Part shown: positions 1 through 9,443 of the stretch, in pieces | Layout: each line of letters opens with the position of its first letter | How positions within the stretch are numbered: position 1 is the first letter of the stretch | NCBI GenBank assembly: GCA_965217585.1 | Contig: OZ244561.1 | Span: 4,416,001 to 4,480,000 of the forward strand | Direction: 5' to 3' | Origin: Candidatus Latescibacterota bacterium | GTDB taxonomy: Bacteria > Latescibacterota > UBA2968 > UBA8231 | Length of the DNA stretch: 64,000 nucleotides | Translations under genes and position numbers: made by a program | Notes under the pieces: model-generated | What the model saw: the letters and a program-made list of their open reading frames with translations, nothing else | What the model was told of the DNA's origin: nothing | Databases searched by the model: none

Positions 1-772
1 AAATACGTTTGGCACGTTCCTTTCCGTCCGATTCCATATTCTCCAGTTCAGTCAGCCAGTCGATATTCAGATTGGCCGTCGCCTTACTTCCCATCTTGTT
101 AAATCCCATATTCTCCAGTTCAGCCAACCAGTCTACGTGCCAGTTCCAGAGAAGGACTGAGATATCTCCCATATTCATCTGTAAGGGCATTGTATTCGGA
201 ATTGTAGCATCTATTTTAGCCCCTTGCTCTGTTACTTCAACTTCGTATCCGAAAGGATCATTTTGTCCTACTTCCTCTGAGTTATTTTGATACAGGGAAA
301 GTATAGTTTTGCCATCACTTAGATGGCGAATTAAAGTTTTCGCCTTCTCCACCCCAAAGCATCTTGTGATTTCACCCTCTAAGTCTCCGCTTAAATGTGC
401 AATATTGTTGATAATTGGACGTACTGACATCGCAACGGATTCTGGTAATTCAATTAAGTAGGACTTCTCATGTTTAGTAGTTTGTAAGTCCGAAATCGTT
501 TCTTTAATCCAATCATAAAGACCTGAAAGATCATTTGTCGACAAATCAAGACTTTGTCGCTTTCTCAGAAGCATTGGCGAGCGAATATCATCCCTTGAGT
601 AGGCGTTGAAAAACTTATGTAGCACGTAAATGAGGGCCGCCATGTAGGATTTTCCGGTGTTGCTCGATCCCACGAATACGGACATTGGGCGCAGTTCGAT
701 ACTCGCCGCGGCGATTGGGCCGAAATTGGAAATCGTTAGCTCAAGGGGCTTTGCCTTGGATGTCGTAGTCAT
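1..772 (-). CDS. AAA ATPase (AAA_15/AAA_21-like), runs off the window at its 3' end
   Basis: Not in the ORF track. Manual translation from ATG 772 gives MTTTSKAKPLELTISNFGPIAAASIELRPMSVFVGSSNTGKS: an 'ISNFGPI' N-terminal motif plus Walker A. Frame stays open to the window edge. Confidence 0.8.
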   Translation of the reverse strand, partial: MTTTSKAKPLELTISNFGPIAAASIELRPMSVFVGSSNTGKSYMAALIYVLHKFFNAYSRDDIRSPMLLRKRQSLDLSTNDLSGLYDWIKETISDLQTTKHEKSYLIELPESVAMSVRPIINNIAHLSGDLEGEITRCFGVEKAKTLIRHLSDGKTILSLYQNNSEEVGQNDPFGYEVEVTEQGAKIDATIPNTMPLQMNMGDISVLLWNWHVDWLAELENMGFNKMGSKATANLNIDWLTELENMESDGKERAKRI

Positions 773-881
773 AGCTGATTTTTCTTAGGCTGGTGAAACG
801 CGACTAGAAAATCAGAGGGCAGCCTGTGATCCCACATATTGATGGTGTTGAAAGCGAACTTCCATCTTACAATTCTCACGG

Positions 882-1385
882 TCATTCGCCGTTTTTCCAG
901 ATCATCTTGTATCTACCGCCCATTGCGGCGTCGAGTTCCTCCCAGGTAATCTTGCCAGCTCTTAGGTCGTCCAATTGTGCCCAAGTGATCTTGCCTGCTC
1001 GTAGCGCGTCGAGTTGTTCCCAAGTGACGCCGCCGCCCTTCAGAGTGTGCAGTTCCTCCCAGGTGATTTGTTCTTTTTTTAGAGCCTCAAATTCCTCTGC
1101 GGTAATGTTGCCATCCATCAAGGCGTCCTGCATGGCCCAGGTAGTGTAGGACAGCTTGGCACCGGTAGCTTTGTACTGACGACATGCCTCGATATCTTCC
1201 GAAGTGAGATGCGGCGAGTAGTCACTGATGATATCAGCTTCGGTGCGGCCATGTTCGAGTTCGTTGGTTATGAATTCAACGGAGAGTCGGGTGCCTTTCA
1301 CTGTCGGTTTGCCGCCGAGTATTAGCGGGTCTTTGACGATTCGGTCCTGCCAAAGTGGAGCTTGGGCTTGTTCTGCGGTTGTCAT
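882..1385 (-). CDS. DUF433-family protein (VapB45-like antitoxin domain) with C-terminal 13-aa tandem repeats
   Basis: RIVKDPLILGGKPTVKGTRLSV...YSPHLTSEDIEAC is the DUF433 signature, followed by ITWEELxxLxxGK-like repeats. Confidence 0.85.
   Translation of the reverse strand: MTTAEQAQAPLWQDRIVKDPLILGGKPTVKGTRLSVEFITNELEHGRTEADIISDYSPHLTSEDIEACRQYKATGAKLSYTTWAMQDALMDGNITAEEFEALKKEQITWEELHTLKGGGVTWEQLDALRAGKITWAQLDDLRAGKITWEELDAAMGGRYKMIWKNGE
912..1145 (-). repeat. Six imperfect 39-bp (13-aa) coding tandem repeats
   Basis: TTWAMQDALMDGN / ITAEEFEALKKEQ / ITWEELHTLKGGG / VTWEQLDALRAGK / ITWAQLDDLRAGK / ITWEELDAAMGGR. Confidence 0.85.
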
Positions 1386-1555
1386 AATGTGTTTCTCACC
1401 AAGCTAAGCTACGCGGCAACATAGAGCAGGTGTCACGTATTATTGTCCTTCACGTCAGTTGATTTACAGCTTTGAGCCCAATGCCAATACGCCACGGAAA
1501 AGTTATAATAAGTTTGTGACTCAATAGGAGGTTTTATATATATAAGGATCTCATA

Positions 1556-2816
1556 CAGGGCAATCGCATCAAAAGTGCCCAGCGGACAATACTTTAGCCA
1601 AATAGGTGTTATCCCATCCGGCCTTGAGCCGTTTGGTCTGGACGCCGACCTTGGCCGTCTTCTCTTGCTGGAGCAGACTCACGGCAATCTGTCGCAGGAG
1701 GGCCATATTTTCCGGGGCATGGCCGGTGCGTACCCGTGAGTCATCTTCACGGAAGACCACATCCAGTATCCAGTGCAAGGAATTTTCAATGCTCCAATGA
1801 CTACGCACCGCTTCACCAAACCGCTGGGCATCGTTGTCCAGGCTGGAGATATAGTAGCGTCGTTCCACGGAGACTTGATCGCCTACCTGTCGCTGGGCTT
1901 CAACCATACCGAACAAGCCTAAGCCCTTCCAAGCGGTCCCATCGGCAAAAGCGTCGACCTGATCGGTGGTCCAGTACCGGCGGGTCTCAATGCGGCCGTG
2001 GTTTTCATCGTAGGTCTCAAACATGTCGACCGATAGATCCTGATGCAGTTGAGGCTCCCCTCGGTCGAAGACCTGACGCAGATGATGCAACAGCTTGGGC
2101 TGATTAGCCTTGACGGCCAGTACGTAGTCGCCTTGCCGGTCGATGACCTGTTCGGCCACGCTTTTGTGGCAGCCGATGGCATCGACGGTGACGATGCAGC
2201 CTTTGAGCGCCAGCACACGCAGCAGTTCGGGAATGAGGGTGATCTCGTCCAGACCGCCTTCACAGTGGAACTGGCCTAACACCAGTCGGTTTTTCACCGC
2301 CCAGGCATTGACCATATGTACGGCTGCTTTACCCGAGGTTCGGTCATAAGAGTGGCGCAACGTTTTGCCATCAATAGGCACAATCTCTTCCTCAAGCTTG
2401 GGGAGGAGGGATTGGACCCAAGCACTGAAACAGTCCTGGAAATGCTCGGGCGAGATCCGGGCGAAGACGCGGCCGAAGGTGTCATGGGAAGGAATGCCAT
2501 TGGGCAACGCCAGAAAGGTTTTTAGCCAGTCGTATTTGGATCGCCCAAACTCAGCGATATGCACCCAGTTGTCGGCCCCGCAGATCGCGCCACACACGGC
2601 AATGACCACAATATCGATGAGACGATGCCTTTGGCTGCGCTCGATACGGGGATCGGGTACCTGGGAAAAATGTTCAATCAGTGAATCAGCCGAAGGTGCC
2701 ATGGGGAAACGTTCCAAGAGAAGGGGAGAGAAGCAGCGCACCAGCGCTATCGAAAAAGACACAGAAAATATAACATAACCCTATGACAAATCTCAATTTT
2801 TGGTGCGATTGCCCTG
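1556..2816 (-). mobile_element. Complete ISAs1-family insertion sequence
   Basis: Terminal IRs: CAGGGCAATCGCATCAAAA (1556-1574) versus the reverse complement CAGGGCAATCGCACCAAAA (2798-2816), 18/19 identical. A 10-bp direct repeat GGATCTCATA flanks both ends (1546-1555, 2817-2826). Confidence 0.97.
1569..2702 (-). CDS. ISAs1-family DDE transposase
   Basis: Motifs DPR...H, GIPSHDTFGRVF, IDGKTLRHS, TVDAIGC, DYVLAVKANQ, HGRIETR, RSHWSIENSLHWILDVVFRED. Start placed at MAPSADS (ATG 2702). Confidence 0.95.
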   Translation of the reverse strand: MAPSADSLIEHFSQVPDPRIERSQRHRLIDIVVIAVCGAICGADNWVHIAEFGRSKYDWLKTFLALPNGIPSHDTFGRVFARISPEHFQDCFSAWVQSLLPKLEEEIVPIDGKTLRHSYDRTSGKAAVHMVNAWAVKNRLVLGQFHCEGGLDEITLIPELLRVLALKGCIVTVDAIGCHKSVAEQVIDRQGDYVLAVKANQPKLLHHLRQVFDRGEPQLHQDLSVDMFETYDENHGRIETRRYWTTDQVDAFADGTAWKGLGLFGMVEAQRQVGDQVSVERRYYISSLDNDAQRFGEAVRSHWSIENSLHWILDVVFREDDSRVRTGHAPENMALLRQIAVSLLQQEKTAKVGVQTKRLKAGWDNTYLAKVLSAGHF

Positions 2817-3350
2817 GGATCTCATATCTAACACTTCTTCTTCTTTTACTGGGTCTGTATAGATTTCAACAAATTTTTCTCCTTTTTTATAATAACAAAA
2901 ATGAACATAACGAACATCTGATTTCCTGTCAGCATAACCAAAGGTTATACTTTGATTAGAATCAAATCTCAGCAACTGCTCAACATACGAATCTTCTTCA
3001 TAACCTTTCATAAGTTCTCTAACAAATTTTTCAAAGCGATTAAACTCTATCGTAACTATATGTCCATTTGAGCTAAGTTTTTCACCTTCTTTTCTTTTCT
3101 CGTTTTCTGCTTCAATGCTACCATACATAACAACCTCGTGCGTATCATATCTCGGCTCAAAGTATTTTATTGCCTCTTCCGCAACATACACATTCTTGTT
3201 ATCATCTTCACATTCTCCGTTTTTAGGCCTCATTTTCTTTTTCCAACGCCATGCCCTCGAATCTATCCATTTCTTTTGTATTATAGGAATAGCCATTATA
3301 GATGTTGCCACTCCTGTTATTGCTATAAAAATCGTTGTTATTGTTTCCAT
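2793..3350 (-). CDS. Low-GC hypothetical protein with an N-terminal hydrophobic helix; last codons replaced by the IS end
   Basis: 185-aa ORF with AGGAGG RBS upstream. The C-terminal QGNRTKN lies inside the IS inverted repeat. Confidence 0.7.
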   Translation of the reverse strand: METITTIFIAITGVATSIMAIPIIQKKWIDSRAWRWKKKMRPKNGECEDDNKNVYVAEEAIKYFEPRYDTHEVVMYGSIEAENEKRKEGEKLSSNGHIVTIEFNRFEKFVRELMKGYEEDSYVEQLLRFDSNQSITFGYADRKSDVRYVHFCYYKKGEKFVEIYTDPVKEEEVLDMRSQGNRTKN

Positions 3351-3592
3351 TATTCATTTCCTCCTAAAAGCTGTGAGCCTCAGCCTCAATCCCGCCGAAG
3401 GTCCGATTGATTTACTACCGCTTCACTGTCATGGACTCAATCGTCTCCTTCAGCTCCCTCCCCTCCCTGACTAGCTAGATCATTGGGATTTACAAACTTG
3501 GTTTACATTTATTCTGTATGGCGTACTGGCATTGGGCTCAAAGCTGTAAATCAACTGACGTGAAGGACAATAAGATACTAAGAGTAGAGGTC

Positions 3593-3736
3593 TCAGGGCA
3601 GGACCCGGGCGATTACCTGAGAGGTAAGGGATAAGATGGGATCGTCGCTAAAAACTACAGCGAGACTAAAAGAAAGCCAGCCAATTACGACTAGGGGGTT
3701 TGTAAAACCTACAAACATCTCATACAACTTTCTCAT
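3593..3736 (-). CDS. Small (47 aa) hydrophobic protein
   Basis: MRKLYEMFVGFTNPLVVIGWLSFSLAVVFSDDPILSLTSQVIARVLP, preceded by a strong SD (AAAGGAGGTG). Confidence 0.5.
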   Translation of the reverse strand: MRKLYEMFVGFTNPLVVIGWLSFSLAVVFSDDPILSLTSQVIARVLP

Positions 3737-3851
3737 CTGTCCACCTCCTTTCTTTTTCAGGCTACTGTAGTCCTCCCGCGCAGATCGCGCCCTGAGACCT
3801 CTAAATCCTGACATTAATACGCGATACCATCTCGTAGCCACTCTCTCTCGC

Positions 3852-5315
3852 TCAGCCGACGCTGCCTTCGAGGCTGATGCCAAGCAGCTTTTGCGCCTCG
3901 ACGGCGAATTCCATCGGCAGTTCGGCGAGGACTTCCTTGCAGAAGCCGTTGACGATCATGGAGATGGCGTCTTCAGTGGAAATTCCGCGCTGGTTGCAGT
4001 AGAAAATTTGGTCCTCGCCGATCTTGGAGGTGGAAGCCTCGTGCTCGACGTGGGCGGTGGGATTGCGGACCTCAATGTAGGGAAAGGTGTGCGCGCCGCA
4101 TTGGTCGCCGATGAGCATGGAATCGCACTGGGTGAAGTTGCGGGCACCGGTAGCGTTTTTGAGCACCTGCACCTTGCCGCGATAGGTGTTTTGGCCGCGC
4201 TGAGCCGAAATGCCCTTGGAGATAATGGTGCTGCGGGTGTTTTTGCCGATGTGGTGCATCTTGGTGCCGGTGTCGGCCTGCTGCCGCTTGGAGGTGACGG
4301 CCACCGAGTAAAATTCGCCGACCGAGTGATCGCCCTGTAGGATGCAGCTAGGGTACTTCCAAGTGATGGCCGAACCGGTCTCGACTTGGGTCCACGAGAT
4401 CTTGGAGTGGTCGCCGCGACACGCGCCGCGCTTGGTGACGAAGTTGTAGATCCCGCCTTTGCCGTTTTCGTCGCCCGGGTACCAGTTCTGCACGGTGGAG
4501 TACTTGATCTGAGCGTCGCCGAGGGCTACGAGTTCGACGACGGCCGCGTGGAGTTGGTTTTCGTCGCGCATGGGCGCTGTGCAGCCTTCGAGGTAGCTGA
4601 CATACGACCCCTCGTCGGCGATGACCAAGGTGCGCTCGAATTGGCCCGTATTCGCCGCGTTGATGCGGAAGTACGTCGATAGCTCCATGGGGCAGCGCAC
4701 GCCCGGAGGCACGTACACGAAGGAGCCGTCGGTAAAGACCGCGGAGTTGAGGGTGGCGAAGAAATTGTCGGTATAGGGCACGACCGAGCCGAGGTACTTT
4801 TGCACGAGCGCGGGGTGATTGTGGATGGCTTCGGACATGGAGCAGAAGATAATGCCCAACTCGGCCAGCTTGTCCTTGAATGTGGTGGCTACGGAGACGC
4901 TGTCGAAGACGGCGTCCACGGCCACGCCGGCGAGCATCTGCTGCTCGGCGAGGGGGATGCCTAGCTTCTGGTAGGTGGCCAAAATTTCGGGATCGACCTC
5001 GTCGAGGCTGTCGAGCTCTTTCTTCTTGGGGGCCGAGTAGTAAACGATGTCTTGGTAGTTGATGTCGGGATAGTGGACCATGGCCCAGCGCTGACTCTCT
5101 TTGCGGCGCGTTGGATCCTCCATAGCCAGCCAGCGGCGATAGGCTTTGAGCCGCCACTCGAGCATGAACTCAGGCTCGTCCTTTTTGGCGGAGATGAAGC
5201 GGATGATCTCTTCGTTGAGGCCAGGTGGGGCGGAGTCGGTCTCCACATCGGTGACGAATCCCCACTCGTAGTCGCGGTTGGCAAATTGCTCTAGGGTTTG
5301 GGTGCTTTCGCTCAT
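3852..5315 (-). CDS. sufB: Fe-S cluster assembly protein SufB
   Basis: [77 protein letters not shown] end; AAGGAG RBS. Confidence 0.97.
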   Translation of the reverse strand: MSESTQTLEQFANRDYEWGFVTDVETDSAPPGLNEEIIRFISAKKDEPEFMLEWRLKAYRRWLAMEDPTRRKESQRWAMVHYPDINYQDIVYYSAPKKKELDSLDEVDPEILATYQKLGIPLAEQQMLAGVAVDAVFDSVSVATTFKDKLAELGIIFCSMSEAIHNHPALVQKYLGSVVPYTDNFFATLNSAVFTDGSFVYVPPGVRCPMELSTYFRINAANTGQFERTLVIADEGSYVSYLEGCTAPMRDENQLHAAVVELVALGDAQIKYSTVQNWYPGDENGKGGIYNFVTKRGACRGDHSKISWTQVETGSAITWKYPSCILQGDHSVGEFYSVAVTSKRQQADTGTKMHHIGKNTRSTIISKGISAQRGQNTYRGKVQVLKNATGARNFTQCDSMLIGDQCGAHTFPYIEVRNPTAHVEHEASTSKIGEDQIFYCNQRGISTEDAISMIVNGFCKEVLAELPMEFAVEAQKLLGISLEGSVG

Positions 5316-5395
5316 GTTGGCTCCTTGTATCTAGGCGCGGTCTCAAGAACTTAGGAATCTGTACAAAAAAGTCAAGTTTCAGGGCGGGACGGCGG

Positions 5396-6295
5396 CTAGC
5401 CCATTTTTTTGCGCTGCGCTAGGTAGCGCGACAGGGCCACGTCAAAGGGGGTCGCCGTGTCGAGCAGGGCGTAGTCGATGCCGGCTTCGGCGCACCCGAG
5501 CCGATAGGTCTGGATCAGATCGTCCATCAGCGCGCGGTATTCGTGCTGGATGTGCCAGGGCTGGGTGGTGAGGGTTTGGTCTGGGTCTTCGAGGTCGTAG
5601 AAGCGGGTCTGGTCGCGGAAGGCGAGGTCGCGCTCGCGGGGGTCGAGCAGGTGGAAGACGATCACTTCGTGCTGCAGGTGGCGGAAGTGGCGCAGCCCTT
5701 CGAGGACTTGGTCGGGCGCGTCGAGCAGGTCGGAGAGCACGATGACGAGGCCGCGGCGGCGGATGCGCTCGGCGAGATCGTGGAAGGCTGGGGCCATGTG
5801 CGTCTCGCTGCGCGGTCGCGCTTGGTCGATGGTCTTGAGGAGGACTTGGAGGTGGCTTTGCACCGAGCGCGGCGGCACGTACGCCTCGGTCTGATGGTGA
5901 TAGAGCAACAGGCCGACCGCGTCGCGCTGCTTGAGCATGAGGTACGCCAGCGCGGCCGCCAAAGAGGCCGCGTAGCGAAATTTGCTCAGCGGTGCGCCGG
6001 CCGCAAAGTCCATAGAGCCGGACACGTCGAGCAGCAGATAGGCTTTGAGGTTGGTCTCCTCCTCGTACTGCTTGACGTACAGGCGGTCGGACTTGGCGTA
6101 TGCCTTCCAATCGAGGTCGCGCAGGGGGTCGCCCGGCAGATAGGGACGGTGCTCGGAGAATTCGACCGAGAAGCCGTGGTACGGGCTGCGGTGCAAGCCG
6201 GTGATAAAGCCCTCGACCACGAGGCGCGCAATCAGGTCGAGGCGCGTGAGGCGCGAGATGGTTTCCGGGTGGAGGTAGGAAGCGGCTTCGCTCAC
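5396..6295 (-). CDS. DUF58 / vWA-like protein (MoxR partner)
   Basis: GLHRSPYHGFSVEFSEHRPY.PGD..R.LDWK, YVKQYEEETNL, LLDVSGSM, VIVLSDL. Confidence 0.92.
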   Translation of the reverse strand: MSEAASYLHPETISRLTRLDLIARLVVEGFITGLHRSPYHGFSVEFSEHRPYLPGDPLRDLDWKAYAKSDRLYVKQYEEETNLKAYLLLDVSGSMDFAAGAPLSKFRYAASLAAALAYLMLKQRDAVGLLLYHHQTEAYVPPRSVQSHLQVLLKTIDQARPRSETHMAPAFHDLAERIRRRGLVIVLSDLLDAPDQVLEGLRHFRHLQHEVIVFHLLDPRERDLAFRDQTRFYDLEDPDQTLTTQPWHIQHEYRALMDDLIQTYRLGCAEAGIDYALLDTATPFDVALSRYLAQRKKMG

Positions 6296-6296
6296 G

Positions 6297-7286
<990 letters not shown>

Positions 7287-7357
7287 GTACTTCCTTTCAG
7301 GACAATGGGTTGGTGAATCGGCAGAAGATACCGTCTTTGCAAGGGCCATTCAAATAC

Positions 7358-8617
7358 TCAGGTCTTGCGCTCCTTTTTCTTGGCCGCGGGGAAGAGCACG
7401 TTGTTCAGAATTAGCCGGTAGCCGGGCGAGTTGGGATGCAGGGTGAGGTTGGTCGGCGGGTCGTGGACGTGGTGCCTGTGGTCTTCTGGGTCGTGGCCGG
7501 CGTAGAAGGTGAAGGTGCCCTTGCCGACGCGGCCGTGGATGTACTTGACACTGTTGGTGCCCTCTTCTTGGCCGAGGAGGATGACCGAGTCCTTGATCAG
7601 CGACTGGCGAAAGGCCGTAGTCTGGCCGAGGAAGCCATCGACGATGTTGGTGTGGCACTGGGTGAGCATCGTCGGCACCGGGTCATATTTGGCGGAGAAC
7701 TCGAACAGCGTGAAATACTCGGCCTCGGCCGTGCGGATCCGGCGCATGTCGTTCGGCGTGGTGTCGATGTTTGAGAATTCGTACACGAGCGGGTTGGTTT
7801 CGAGCACAAAGTTATCAAAGGCCATGGTGCGGCTGAAGTCGAGCTTGGCCTGGGCGTTGGGGTCGGCCCCGTCGCCGTCGAAGACCGCGTGGCATATATC
7901 CACGTCGAGCGCGGCGAGGGCGATGTCAAAGGTGTCGGTGGCCGAGCACATGGCGAAGAGGAAGCCGCCCGCCGCCATGTACTCGTAGATTTTGACGACC
8001 ACGGCCTTCTTTTGCTCGGAGACCTTGGCGTAGCCGAGGCGGCGTGCCATCTGCTCGTACGCGGCTTGCTGTTCGCGGTACCAAACCTGATTGCCGTAGG
8101 AGCCATAGAACTTGCCGTACTGGCCGGTGAAGTCCTCGTGGTGCAGGTGCAGCCAATCGTAGTTGTCGAGCGCGCCTTGGAGCACTTCGTCGTCCCAGAT
8201 TTTTTCGTAGTCGATTTGGGCGTATTCCAGCGCGAGGGTCACCGCGTCGTCCCAGGGCTGTTTGTTGGGCGGCGTGTACACGGCGATCTTCGGCACCTTT
8301 TCCAAGCGCACGACTTCCATGTTGGACGCGTCGATCTCCGCGTAGATCTGGGCGGCTTGGGCCTCGGAGATGCGCGCGGTACTGACGCCGCGGAGGATGG
8401 CTTCGCTGGCGATGAGGGCGTGTGCTTCGACGAGGAATGCACCGCCTCGGTAGTTGAGCAGCCACTCGACCGGAATGCCGCGCTCCAAGGTCCAGAAAGC
8501 GAGGCCGTAGGCCCGCAGATGGTCGCGCTGGGAGGTGTCCATGGGCACGAGGATCCGCTCGGCGCGGGCTGGGAGGAGGGCGAGGGTGCAAAGGGCTAAG
8601 GCAAAGAGGATGGGCAT
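7358..8617 (-). CDS. Conserved exported FCB-group protein (often auto-annotated 'asparagine synthetase B'); glutamine-amidotransferase-like fold, function unknown
   Basis: Signal peptide MPILFALALCTLALLPARA; WLLNYRGG, QPWDDAVTLALEYA, WLHLHHEDFTGQYGKFY, GHDPED, PNSPGYRLILNNVLFPAA. Confidence 0.8.
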   Translation of the reverse strand: MPILFALALCTLALLPARAERILVPMDTSQRDHLRAYGLAFWTLERGIPVEWLLNYRGGAFLVEAHALIASEAILRGVSTARISEAQAAQIYAEIDASNMEVVRLEKVPKIAVYTPPNKQPWDDAVTLALEYAQIDYEKIWDDEVLQGALDNYDWLHLHHEDFTGQYGKFYGSYGNQVWYREQQAAYEQMARRLGYAKVSEQKKAVVVKIYEYMAAGGFLFAMCSATDTFDIALAALDVDICHAVFDGDGADPNAQAKLDFSRTMAFDNFVLETNPLVYEFSNIDTTPNDMRRIRTAEAEYFTLFEFSAKYDPVPTMLTQCHTNIVDGFLGQTTAFRQSLIKDSVILLGQEEGTNSVKYIHGRVGKGTFTFYAGHDPEDHRHHVHDPPTNLTLHPNSPGYRLILNNVLFPAAKKKERKT

Positions 8618-8621
8618 GGGG

Positions 8622-9443
8622 TCAGCCGCTTTCGCGCAGGTGGCGGAGCCGCTCGATGCGCAGGCGCGCTTCTGGAGCGCGGGCGTCGTGCGGGTGTTGG
8701 AGGAGCGCGGTCTCGCAGGTCTTGAGGGCCTGCTCAACCGCGCCTTGGCGCTCGTAGAGCGCGGCTAAGCCCAGATGGGCGGCGACGACGTGCTCGCCTT
8801 GGGGGAAGCGGGCGATCTGGCGCTGGTACAGGGCTATGGCCTCGTCAGAACGACCTTGTTGCGCGCGCAGCTCGGCGCGGATGAGCAAGCTCCACTCCGC
8901 AAGGCCCGGGTCGGCACCATCTTCGAGGGCTGCCCAGTGCGCGTCGGCCGCCTCGCTCTGTCCTTGTCGCTCTAGCAGCTGAGCGCGGCTGAGATCGGCG
9001 AGGCCATCGGCCGTTGCGTACTCTTCGCAGACGGCCAGCAGGGCGAGGACATCGTTGGCGAGGACATGGCTCGGGTCGGCTGCACCCAGGGCGGCCAAGG
9101 CGGCGGTAGCTGCGGCGAAGTCGCCGCGGAAGTAGAGCAGCTCGGCGCGGTGATAGCGAGCCGCGTACGCAACCGGACCGCCGCGCTTTTCCAAGTCTGC
9201 CCAAAAGCGATCGGCGCGGTCCAGGTCGCCGAGGCGCAAGCTGCACTCGGCGATCAGCATCAGGGCCGGCTTGGTCCACGGGCCGCGTTGCGGAGCTTCG
9301 ACCACCGCTTGCAGAGCAGTGTAAGCGCCTTGGGTGTCGTGCTCTAGCAACAGGCGCGCTTGCTCGACTTGCGCTTGTAGGTCGGCGGCTGCGGCGACCG
9401 CGCTCCACAGGCCGAGGGCGCCGATGAGGGCGGGTATTTTCAT
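8622..9443 (-). CDS. Exported TPR-repeat protein
   Basis: Signal peptide and TPR-like helical repeats (AIALYQRQIARFP..., ALKTCETALLQHP); 4-bp overlap with the upstream gene. Confidence 0.8.
   Translation of the reverse strand: MKIPALIGALGLWSAVAAAADLQAQVEQARLLLEHDTQGAYTALQAVVEAPQRGPWTKPALMLIAECSLRLGDLDRADRFWADLEKRGGPVAYAARYHRAELLYFRGDFAAATAALAALGAADPSHVLANDVLALLAVCEEYATADGLADLSRAQLLERQGQSEAADAHWAALEDGADPGLAEWSLLIRAELRAQQGRSDEAIALYQRQIARFPQGEHVVAAHLGLAALYERQGAVEQALKTCETALLQHPHDARAPEARLRIERLRHLRESG

Noticed and set aside
912-1145. Regularly spaced repeats considered as a CRISPR array
   Set aside because: Contiguous in-frame coding repeats with third-position variation, no unique spacers and no cas genes.
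3365-3485. Short stop-interrupted frame (LVREGRELKETIESMTVKR**INRTFGGIEAEAHSF) on the - strand
   Set aside because: Might be a gene remnant, but too short and not recognisable as any family.
5345-5380. Possible IscR/Rrf2-type operator upstream of sufB
   Set aside because: Only the TTGAC half-site is evident, and it is explained by a -35 element; the palindrome is too weak.
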